Below, one piece after another: positions 1 through 7,301 of a stretch of 32,000 bases of DNA. Position numbers and translations under genes: made by a program. Origin of the DNA: Ktedonobacterales bacterium (GTDB taxonomy: Bacteria > Chloroflexota > Ktedonobacteria > Ktedonobacterales > JADMIN01); contig CP126532.1 in the NCBI GenBank assembly GCA_030167145.1, forward strand, positions 180,001-212,000. Reading direction: 5' to 3'. The stretch's first letter is position 1. Every line of letters begins with the position of its first letter. The notes under the pieces were generated by a model. That model was not told the DNA's origin, made no database searches, and saw nothing but the letters and a program-made list of their open reading frames with translations.

Positions 1-132
1 TGCGGCCAGATTTCGTTCAGGTGATTGTTAGGATATTTGGGGCGTCTGCAAGGCGCATGTTCAGGCGTCTGCGTTACAATCGAGCATGCACGCCCATCCA
101 TCCACCACACCACGGAAGGGACCTCTAGAGTA

Positions 133-1029
133 ATGCAACCCGCTACGGTTGCGAGCGCGCCCAGCATACGCACTGCGTTCGCAGCCTATATTAATCTCAT
201 GAAGCCACACGTCACCGTGTTGCTTTTGGGCACAACTCTCGCAGCAATGGTCGTCGCCGCTGGCGGTTTTCCTGCTGCTGGCATCATCCTCGCCACTCTC
301 CTCGGCGGCGCCATGGCGGCTGGTAGCGCGAACGCCATTAACTGCTACTGGGATCGCGACATAGACCAGATCATGAGTCGCACCAAAACACGTGCTTTGC
401 CAGCCGGACGTGTCCCACCCACCCGCGCGCTCATCTTCGGCATCATCCTCGCCGTCGGTTCTTTTACTGTTCTCGCTGGTTTCGTCAATCTCCTGAGCGC
501 ACTGCTCGCAGTCTCCGCCATCCTCTTCTATGTGCTCATCTATACCATGTGGCTCAAGCGCACCACCCCGCAAAACATCGTCATCGGCGGGGCTGCGGGC
601 GCGGTGCCGGTCCTGGTTGGGTGGGCCGCCGTCACTGGCTCCATCAACCTGACGGCAATCTGGATGTTCCTTGTTATTTTCCTGTGGACCCCACCACACT
701 TCTGGGCGCTCTCGCTGCTCCTTAAACAAGACTACGCACGCGCCGAAGTGCCGATGATGCCAGTCGTCATGGGCGAGCGTGAAACCCACAAACAAATCAT
801 CCTCTACACGCTCCTGCTCCTCGCCGCAACACTCGTGCTCTTCGCTACCCATGCGATGGGCTTCCTCTATCTTGCGTCCGCCGTTCTCCTTGGCTCTGGG
901 CTGCTGGTGCTGGCAATCAGGACGGCCTACCAGAAAACCCTCAAGAGCGCGCGGACACTCTTTTGGTTCTCGAACTACTACCTCGCCTTGATCTTCGCGG
1001 CGATGGTCGTAGATCGTGTTCTTCGGTAA
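133..1029 (+). CDS. ctaB: Protoheme IX farnesyltransferase (heme O synthase), UbiA family
   Basis: Multi-TM protein with the UbiA-type Asp-rich motif NCYWDRDID and the MKPHVT...LL N-terminal signature of CtaB/CyoE. ATG at 133 is preferred over the ORF-track start at 25 because the first 36 codons are non-conserved-looking leader. It sits next to cytochrome oxidase genes. Confidence 0.9.
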   Translation: MQPATVASAPSIRTAFAAYINLMKPHVTVLLLGTTLAAMVVAAGGFPAAGIILATLLGGAMAAGSANAINCYWDRDIDQIMSRTKTRALPAGRVPPTRALIFGIILAVGSFTVLAGFVNLLSALLAVSAILFYVLIYTMWLKRTTPQNIVIGGAAGAVPVLVGWAAVTGSINLTAIWMFLVIFLWTPPHFWALSLLLKQDYARAEVPMMPVVMGERETHKQIILYTLLLLAATLVLFATHAMGFLYLASAVLLGSGLLVLAIRTAYQKTLKSARTLFWFSNYYLALIFAAMVVDRVLR

Positions 1030-1054
1030 AGGCTCGCCCGTGGGAAACTCAGCG

Positions 1055-1681
1055 ATGCGGTTGCGCTTATTGTCACGCATCACGGTGATTAGCCTTGTGG
1101 TGATTGTCGCCGCCATCATGATCATCCATAGCGCAACCACCTCGGCCAGCAAACCTGCGCCAAAGCTCGATGGCATTGACCTCGGCTCGGCGCCCGCCCC
1201 TGCATTTTCACTAGTGGATCAATCTGGCGCAACCATCTCGCTTGACCAGCTCCAAGGGCATCCGGTTGTGGTGACATTCCTCTACACCCATTGCCCAGAC
1301 GCCTGCCCGCTCACCGCGGAGAAACTTCACGCGGCCGCTCAATCGCTTGGTCCGAAGGCTAGCAAGGTCTCTTGGGTGATAATTAGCATTGACCCTGTCG
1401 GTGACACCCCAACAGCCGCCAGTCAGTTTCTTGCGGCCCATCATCTGGATGGCGAGGCACACTATCTGCTGGGAACCCAGGCACAGCTTCAACCCATTTG
1501 GGACGCCTATCACATCGCCGTCTCACCAAACAGCGACGATGGCCAGGCTCAGGTCAGTGGGATCTCGCATAGCGTTGGTGTCTACATTCTCGATGCCCAG
1601 GGGCGCGAACGCATCTTTCTCGATGCCGAATTTGCCCCCTCGACGCTCGCTTCCGATCTCCGTGCGCTCACCACCTCGTGA
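1055..1681 (+). CDS. sco1: SCO1/SenC-family copper chaperone (thioredoxin fold) for CuA assembly
   Basis: N-terminal membrane anchor (RITVISLVVIVAAIMII), CxxxC copper motif in YTHCPDACP, and a downstream His in ISHSVGVYILD. Positioned between ctaB and oxidase subunit II. ATG 1055 chosen; GTG 1016 is an alternative. Confidence 0.85.
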   Translation: MRLRLLSRITVISLVVIVAAIMIIHSATTSASKPAPKLDGIDLGSAPAPAFSLVDQSGATISLDQLQGHPVVVTFLYTHCPDACPLTAEKLHAAAQSLGPKASKVSWVIISIDPVGDTPTAASQFLAAHHLDGEAHYLLGTQAQLQPIWDAYHIAVSPNSDDGQAQVSGISHSVGVYILDAQGRERIFLDAEFAPSTLASDLRALTTS

Positions 1682-1870
1682 CGCACGTTTAGGCAATTGT
1701 CAGGATTGGAGGGCAAACTGCAAGGGTCAGCGTAAGGCAAATGCGCTACACTGGCCCTTACGGCTAGGCAAGCTCGCCAATCAGCGGTATCATAGGTTTT
1801 GTTGTTTTTCAAAACACGCCGATGGCGGCGCTACTCATGCGTCGCCCTACTGGAGTCGAGGATTTGTAGC

Positions 1871-2938
1871 ATGCGGTTAGGTTCAAAGACCAGACGGTGG
1901 GCCGGCTTCGGCCTCCTCGCATTAATCGCGACAGTCGGATTGAGCGCCTGCGCCGACAACGGCGCCAACTTCCTACAACCGGCTGGTCCGATTGCCGACA
2001 CGGAATCCGGCATCTTCTGGTGGCTCGTTCTGGGCGTCTCCACAGTCGTATTCGTCATCGTGACGACTTGGCTCTTGATCTCGATTGTCCGCTTCCGCGA
2101 CCGCCCCGGCGCACCTGAAGCGCACCAGACACCCGGTAACAACAAGGTCGAGCTTGCCTGGACCATTGCGCCCGCCATCTTGCTGTTCATCGTGCTCGGT
2201 TTCACCATCAGCACCATGTTCAAGCTCGATACCCCGCACAACAGCCAGGGCCAGCAAGTGCCCATCACCCTGCACGTCACCGCCATTGGGCATCAGTGGT
2301 GGTGGGAATTTGTCTATCCCGACCAAAAGATCGTCACCGCCGACGAAATGTATATTCCCACCGGCCAGGCTGTTGAAGTGACGCTCCTCTCCGACAATGT
2401 CATCCACAGCTTCTGGGTACCTGCCATCGCCGGCAAAGTTGACGTCATCCCTGGGCACCAGAACCAAATGTGGATGCTGGCAGATAAGGCTGGCCAGTAT
2501 CGCGGCGAATGCACCGAGTATTGCGGCAACCAGCACGCCCATATGGACTTCGCCGTTGTCGCCGTGTCCAGCGACGCCTTCAACACCTGGGTGACGGGCC
2601 AGCAAGCTCAAAGCACCAAACTTGTGGAGGGCGACCCCAACTACCAGGGCCAGCAAGTCTTCCTGACCTCCGGCTGCGTCGGCTGCCACAACATTAATGG
2701 CACCACCGCCCCTGGCAACAAGATCGGCCCGAACCTCACCCACTTCGGCAGCCGCCAATGGATCGCTGGCGAAGTGCTGAGCAATACTCCCGCGAACCTG
2801 GCGGACTGGATTCTGCACGCGCAAGACGTCAAGCCCGACGTGGACATGCCGAGCTTCGACGGCACCATGCCTCCCAATCCAGCACTCTCACCAACACAGA
2901 TCACCGAACTGGTGGCCTATCTTGAGAGCCTGAAATAG
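1871..2938 (+). CDS. ctaC: Cytochrome c oxidase subunit II with fused C-terminal cytochrome c domain (caa3-type)
   Basis: Lipobox-like signal (VGLSAC), two TM helices, CuA ligands (HSFWVP ... CTEYCGNQHAHM), and a C-terminal CVGCH heme c motif with a distal DMPSF Met. RBS GAGGA lies 8 nt upstream of ATG 1871. Confidence 0.93.
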   Translation: MRLGSKTRRWAGFGLLALIATVGLSACADNGANFLQPAGPIADTESGIFWWLVLGVSTVVFVIVTTWLLISIVRFRDRPGAPEAHQTPGNNKVELAWTIAPAILLFIVLGFTISTMFKLDTPHNSQGQQVPITLHVTAIGHQWWWEFVYPDQKIVTADEMYIPTGQAVEVTLLSDNVIHSFWVPAIAGKVDVIPGHQNQMWMLADKAGQYRGECTEYCGNQHAHMDFAVVAVSSDAFNTWVTGQQAQSTKLVEGDPNYQGQQVFLTSGCVGCHNINGTTAPGNKIGPNLTHFGSRQWIAGEVLSNTPANLADWILHAQDVKPDVDMPSFDGTMPPNPALSPTQITELVAYLESLK

Positions 2939-2993
2939 CGAGTCGCATCGTTCCAGGTGGGCGCTTGGGGTCAGGCGCTTGCCCTAACGTATG

Positions 2994-3011
2994 GGATGGC
3001 CTCTGCCATCC
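2994..3011 (+). other. Intercistronic stem-loop between ctaC and ctaD (7-bp stem ggatggc/gccatcc, loop ctct)
   Basis: Perfect inverted repeat read directly from the sequence. No U-tract follows, so it is not a canonical terminator. Function unknown. Confidence 0.35.
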
Positions 3012-3042
3012 TGTATGACCCCAATCTACAGAGGAGGACCCA

Positions 3043-4794
3043 ATGGCGGTCGGTACCATTGCGACCCGAGGTCGGGCCGCGAGAAAACGCTGGAGTCAGA
3101 CACCACTCGGCTCCTGGATCACCACGACAGACCATAAGAAAATTGGCATTCTCTACATTTACACCGGGATCATCTTCTTCTTCCTTGGGGGCATCGAGGC
3201 GGCATTGATCCGCTGGCAACTCTCAACTCCCGATGGCAAGTTGCTCCGGCCCGATGTCTATGACCAGATCTTCACGATGCACGGAACGACCATGATCTTC
3301 CTCTTCGTGATGCCCACCATGGCCGGATTCGGCAACTATTTGGTACCGCTGATGATCGGTGCCCGCGACATGGCCTTCCCTCGCCTGAACGCCCTTGGAT
3401 ACTGGTTGCTGTTCTTCGGCGGAATCTTCCTCTATAGTAGCTTCATTTCGGGTTCCGCCCCGAATGCTGGCTGGTTTAGCTATGCCCCACTAACCGAATG
3501 CACCCCTGCGGCGCTTTCCCAGGGCCTTGGCTCGCTCACCTTCCAGCAACAGGCAGCAGCAGCGGCACAGGCAGCGGCACAAGGCGGCCAGGGCTGCTTC
3601 GCCCCCGGTCAAAACGCCGACTTCTGGATTATCGGCATTAACCTGCTCGGCATCGCCTCGCTCCTTGGCGCGCTCAACTTCATCGTCACCATCCTGCGCC
3701 TCCGCGCCCCCGGCATGACCATCAACCGCATGCCGCTGTTCGTCTGGATGACCATGGTGACATCCTTCCTCCTCGTCTTCGCGCTGCCCAGCCTCACCGT
3801 CGCCAGCGCTCTGCTCCTCTTTGACCGCCATCTCGGCACACACTTCTATCAAGCGGGCTTTGGCGGTGACCCACTGCTCTGGCAACACCTCTTCTGGTCG
3901 TTCGGCCACCCGGAGGTGTATATCCTTATCTTACCCGCATTCGGCATGATTTCGGAGATTCTGCCCGTCTTCTCCGGCAAGCCGATCTTCGGCTACACCT
4001 TTGTCGCGTGGTCTGGCGTCGCCATTGGCTTCCTCAGTTTCACCGTCTGGGCGCACCATATGTTCGCCGTGGGCCTGCCGACCGTCGCCCAGGCGTTCTT
4101 TGCTAGCTCGACGACCCTGATTGCCATCCCGACCGCCGTCAAGATCTTCAACTGGGTCGCCACCACCTGGCACGGTAGGCTGAGATTTCACACGCCAATG
4201 CTCTTCGCCACCGGCTTCATCGCCATGTTCCTCATCGGCGGATTGAATGGTGCGGCGCTCGGTGTGGTCCCCTTCGACTACCAAATCACCGATACTTACT
4301 TCGTCGTCGCCCACATCCACTACGTACTCTTTGGTGGTGCTGCGATGGCGATCTTCGGCGGAATCTTCTACTGGTTCCCGAAGATGTCTGGCCGCAGGCT
4401 CAACGAGTCGCTTGGCAAGATCCAGTTCTGGCTGATGCTCATCGGCATGAATATCGCGTTCTTCCCGATGCACATTCTCGGCCTGATCGGCATGCCACGC
4501 CGTCAGTACACCTATCCGCCAAACCTCGGTTGGGATGGCCTGAACCTGCTCTCCAGCATCGGCGTCCTCTTCCTGATCGCGGCCTTCCTAGTGTTCCTCT
4601 TCAACTTTGTGAACACCATTCGCAAGCCGGCCGATCAGCCTGCCGACCCCTGGGACGCATTCACCCTCGAATGGGCCACCAGTTCACCGCCGCCGACCGA
4701 AAACTTCGAGACGATCCCCGTCGTCCGCAGCCGCCGCCCACTCTGGGATCAAAAACACCCCGACAAAGCGGACTGGCGCACAGCGGCGCACTAG
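3043..4794 (+). CDS. ctaD: Cytochrome c oxidase subunit I (heme-copper oxidase catalytic subunit)
   Basis: Hallmark motifs WFFGHPEVY-like (LFWSFGHPEVYILILPAFG), WAHHMF and HIHYVLFGG, with 12+ TM helices. Strong RBS GAGGAGGA before ATG 3043. Carries an unusual Gln/Ala-rich insertion (see findings). Confidence 0.96.
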   Translation: MAVGTIATRGRAARKRWSQTPLGSWITTTDHKKIGILYIYTGIIFFFLGGIEAALIRWQLSTPDGKLLRPDVYDQIFTMHGTTMIFLFVMPTMAGFGNYLVPLMIGARDMAFPRLNALGYWLLFFGGIFLYSSFISGSAPNAGWFSYAPLTECTPAALSQGLGSLTFQQQAAAAAQAAAQGGQGCFAPGQNADFWIIGINLLGIASLLGALNFIVTILRLRAPGMTINRMPLFVWMTMVTSFLLVFALPSLTVASALLLFDRHLGTHFYQAGFGGDPLLWQHLFWSFGHPEVYILILPAFGMISEILPVFSGKPIFGYTFVAWSGVAIGFLSFTVWAHHMFAVGLPTVAQAFFASSTTLIAIPTAVKIFNWVATTWHGRLRFHTPMLFATGFIAMFLIGGLNGAALGVVPFDYQITDTYFVVAHIHYVLFGGAAMAIFGGIFYWFPKMSGRRLNESLGKIQFWLMLIGMNIAFFPMHILGLIGMPRRQYTYPPNLGWDGLNLLSSIGVLFLIAAFLVFLFNFVNTIRKPADQPADPWDAFTLEWATSSPPPTENFETIPVVRSRRPLWDQKHPDKADWRTAAH

Positions 4795-4859
4795 CATGAG
4801 TGATGTGGAGGGCTTGGCAAGTATTGCTGTCCGCCTTCCACATCGCAATCAAGCGCATA

Positions 4860-4882
4860 GGGGCAGGGTCGCTTCTTGCCCC
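4860..4882 (+). promoter_or_regulatory. GC-rich stem-loop immediately downstream of ctaD (ggggcaggg ... cttcttgcccc)
   Basis: Stem of 8-9 bp (two G-U pairs) with a 5-nt loop, read from the sequence. It abuts ATG 4883. No U-run follows. Could be an mRNA stability or processing element or an attenuator. Confidence 0.35.
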
Positions 4883-4912
4883 ATGCGCCAGCACCGGAGC
4901 AACGCAGCATCT

Positions 4913-5485
4913 ATGTGGACCAAGACAGCGCCACGGCCAACGACACGCAGCATCGTCATTTTCGCCGTCACCACCGTGATTACGGCGAGCCTGCTGGCGC
5001 TGATGTGGGTACGGCTCATCCAAGCTGGCAATGCCGCGAGCAACGTCAATACATCGCCGCTCATCAATCGGGCCGCTCCCGACTTTGTCATCACCCCCTG
5101 GAACATGCCGACCAGCCAAACCATCAGGTTAGATAGCTTTAAAGGCCATCCAGTTGTTGTCAACTTCTGGGGATCGTGGTGCGCCGAATGTCAGGAAGAG
5201 CAGGCGATATTCCAGACCGTCTGGCAGCAATATCAGAATCAGGGCGTCCAGTTCATCGGTATTGCCTACAACGACAAGCAGGATACCGGCTCAGCCTATC
5301 TCAAGCAGTATGCCGTCACCTATCCTGCTGGTCCGCCGCAGGCCAACACCACGCCGGTTGACTATTCCGTAACCGGCGCGCCGGAGACCGTTTTTATCGG
5401 GCGCGATGGCATCGTCAAAGACAAAGTCCTCGGCCCGATGGACCAAGCATCCCTGGAACGCGAGATTCAGCAACTGTTGAAGTAG
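4913..5485 (+). CDS. Membrane-anchored thiol:disulfide oxidoreductase, TlpA/ResA/CcmG family
   Basis: N-terminal basic segment plus TM (SIVIFAVTTVITASLLALMWV) and thioredoxin active site WGSWCAECQ. Neighbours ccdA and the ccm genes. ATG 4913 preferred (GGAG upstream); 4883 and 4796 are alternatives. Confidence 0.85.
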   Translation: MWTKTAPRPTTRSIVIFAVTTVITASLLALMWVRLIQAGNAASNVNTSPLINRAAPDFVITPWNMPTSQTIRLDSFKGHPVVVNFWGSWCAECQEEQAIFQTVWQQYQNQGVQFIGIAYNDKQDTGSAYLKQYAVTYPAGPPQANTTPVDYSVTGAPETVFIGRDGIVKDKVLGPMDQASLEREIQQLLK

Positions 5486-5520
5486 TCGAGTAGCGCATCA
5501 CGCAAGCGGGAGATACTACT

Positions 5521-6306
5521 GTGGAAACGTTGACACATTTGGGATGGGGAGCAGCGCTCGTCGCCTTCGGCGCCGGCCTCGTTTCCTTCTTTTCCCCGTG
5601 TGTCGCGCCGCTCGTGCCAGCTTACATCGGCTACCTCTCTGGCACGTCAGCCCCCACTTCGAGCGGTGGATCAGCCGTGGCGGTCACTGTGCATCGCAAG
5701 TGGCTCAACCCCGCCCTTGTACCCTGCACACTGTTCATCAGCGGATTCTCGCTCGCGTTCATTACTCTCGGCTTGATCTCCGCCAGCTTTGGCGGTCTCA
5801 TCGTCGCCTATCGTCCGGTGCTTGAAACCCTGGCAGGCATTGTCATGCTCGCTATGGGCGCGTTCCTGCTTAACCTGCTGCCTCAGGGCGTTACCCGCCT
5901 GCTGATGCGCGAGCGGCGCATCCATCTGGGCAATTCGCGTCTCAGTGGCGGCATCCTGCGCGGAGCAGCCCCTGTGCTGCTCGGCATCGTCTTCGCCGCC
6001 GGGTGGACGCCCTGCATCGGACCAGTGCTCGCCGCCATCTACGCCTTCGCGGGCGCTTCCGGCGACCGAGGCACAGGTACCCTGCTTCTGGCATTTTACT
6101 CGCTCGGTTTCGCCCTGCCATTTCTGGCGGTTGGCCTGAGTTGGTCTGTTGGCCTGCGCGCGCTCACTTGGTTCCGCAAGCACGGCCAGATCGTCACGAC
6201 CGTCACAGGTGTCACGCTCATCACGCTTGGCATCCTCTATCTCGCGGGCGAGGCATCGCTGTTCGCCACCTGGGCACAGCAGCTACCCTCGTTCAGCCTG
6301 CGCTAG
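5521..6306 (+). CDS. ccdA: Cytochrome c biogenesis reductant transporter CcdA (DsbD-core family)
   Basis: Six-TM protein with the two conserved Cys-containing motifs FFSPCVAPLVPAY and GWTPCIGPVLAAI. GTG start with GGGAG RBS 8 nt upstream. Confidence 0.9.
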   Translation: METLTHLGWGAALVAFGAGLVSFFSPCVAPLVPAYIGYLSGTSAPTSSGGSAVAVTVHRKWLNPALVPCTLFISGFSLAFITLGLISASFGGLIVAYRPVLETLAGIVMLAMGAFLLNLLPQGVTRLLMRERRIHLGNSRLSGGILRGAAPVLLGIVFAAGWTPCIGPVLAAIYAFAGASGDRGTGTLLLAFYSLGFALPFLAVGLSWSVGLRALTWFRKHGQIVTTVTGVTLITLGILYLAGEASLFATWAQQLPSFSLR

Positions 6307-6336
6307 CGAGTCTGTTTGCTGGCAAAGAAGGGACAC

Positions 6337-6792
6337 ATGTTGCTCGCGCTTTCGATCCTGATGCGCACGGCGCACCTCATAGCCGGAGCCGTTTGGGTCG
6401 GGGGTAGCGTGATATATTTAGCTGTTATCATTCCGGGCCTGCGGTTGGGCTCCGCCAGCTCGCAAACCAGTGCGGCGATAGCCGCGCTCTTCCGTCGAGT
6501 AGTCAACATCTGTATCGGCGTCGAGCTTCTAACCGGCGTCTATCTGATTTTTGACCGCTTGAGCACCGTCAGTGTCGGCACAGCCTATATCGCGGTTCTG
6601 GTCGTCAAAATCGCGGCGGCGCTGGCGATGATCGCATTGGCGCTCTACCAGGCGCAGGAAGCACGGCGTCCAGCCAAGTATCGCGGACGCTTCTGGCGTC
6701 AGGTGCCGCGCTGGATTCTGGGCCTCGGCCTGTTGACATTCTTCCTGGGTGCGACCCTGGTAGGACTGTTCGACACCGCACTCTTACGGTAG
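6337..6792 (+). CDS. Four-TM membrane protein, CopD-like (HLxxGAVWVGG motif); function unconfirmed
   Basis: TM1 motif TAHLIAGAVWVGGSV resembles the CopD / copper-resistance-D family signature. RBS AAGAAGGGA precedes ATG 6337. Lies between ccdA and ccmE. Confidence 0.5.
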   Translation: MLLALSILMRTAHLIAGAVWVGGSVIYLAVIIPGLRLGSASSQTSAAIAALFRRVVNICIGVELLTGVYLIFDRLSTVSVGTAYIAVLVVKIAAALAMIALALYQAQEARRPAKYRGRFWRQVPRWILGLGLLTFFLGATLVGLFDTALLR

Positions 6793-6800
6793 CAACGCTC

Positions 6801-7292
6801 ATGAAGAGGAGAGATGGAGTCGGCTCCATGCAAATAGAACAGATCGCGCAACCATCCAGCATCCCCACACCCACACGGGCGCGGCGTCGCAAATTGCCAT
6901 GGGGCTTTCTCATCGCTGGCATCGCCATCGCGGGAGCCGTGCTGTACCTCGTCTTCGCCAACACCAGCGCCTCCGCCGAGTACTACATGACGATCAAAGA
7001 GTTGCGCGCCTGCACCACCTGCTCCGCGCGGGACGTTCGCGTCGCTGGCACCGTCGTTCCCAACTCCGTTGTCAAGAGCGACCAAACGCAAATCATTCAC
7101 TTCAGCATCTCCGATGCTGGTGGCGCGCTTCCCGTCGTCTACTCTGGCACCGTACCCGACATCTTCCGCGCGGGCGTCCAAGTCGTCGTCGAGGGCAAAC
7201 TTGATAGCCATGGCGTCTTTCAGGCGCAGACCCTGCTCGCCAAATGTCCATCCAAGTTCCAGTCCGCCACACCACCCGCATACAGCAATTAG
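6801..7292 (+). CDS. ccmE: Cytochrome c maturation heme chaperone CcmE, Cys-type variant
   Basis: N-terminal membrane anchor and an OB-fold-like body (VRVAGTVVPNSV ... IFRAGVQVVVEGKL) that aligns with E. coli CcmE. The C-terminal LLAKCPSKF occupies the place of LAKHDENY. ATG 6828 (better RBS GGAG) is an alternative start. Confidence 0.85.
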   Translation: MKRRDGVGSMQIEQIAQPSSIPTPTRARRRKLPWGFLIAGIAIAGAVLYLVFANTSASAEYYMTIKELRACTTCSARDVRVAGTVVPNSVVKSDQTQIIHFSISDAGGALPVVYSGTVPDIFRAGVQVVVEGKLDSHGVFQAQTLLAKCPSKFQSATPPAYSN

Positions 7293-7301
7293 GAGCCATC
7301 C

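Noticed and set aside
41-72. Direct repeat ggcgtctgc (41-49 and 64-72) next to a TACAAT box (75-80) upstream of ctaB.
   Set aside because: It may be a regulator site or promoter, but the window starts at position 1, so the upstream context and any -35 element cannot be judged. A 9-bp repeat alone is not significant.
25-132. N-terminal extensions offered by the ORF track: ctaB from 25, ctaC from 1799, thioredoxin from 4796, ccmH from 9224, the ccm-embedded ORF from 10190, ispE to 24768, DUF554 from 24578, STAS-1 from 28014, and the flavoenzyme from 29520.
   Set aside because: The extensions overlap upstream genes or promoters, lack an RBS, and translate to non-conserved Arg/Ser/His-rich leaders. 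Internal ATG/GTG codons with Shine-Dalgarno sequences align with the expected family N-termini.
61-1176. 371-aa minus-strand ORF antisense to ctaB. Similar long shadow ORFs lie at 1973-2824, 3931-4473, 6699-7580, 8553-9086, 20731-21537, 24775-25374 and 31271-31750.
   Set aside because: Each lies fully antisense to, or out of frame with, a gene that has strong family motifs. Their translations are Arg/Gly/Asp/His-rich low-information sequence, typical of GC-rich shadow frames. They have no RBS or domain signatures.
5494-5514. Shared motif cgcatc(a)cgcaagcggga(g)at found just after the thioredoxin stop (5494-5514) and again after the ctaE stop (15696-15715).
   Set aside because: There are only two copies, about 18 of 20 positions match, no convincing hairpin can be drawn, and no further copies were seen in the window. 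It could be chance or simply an RBS context, which is too weak to call an element.
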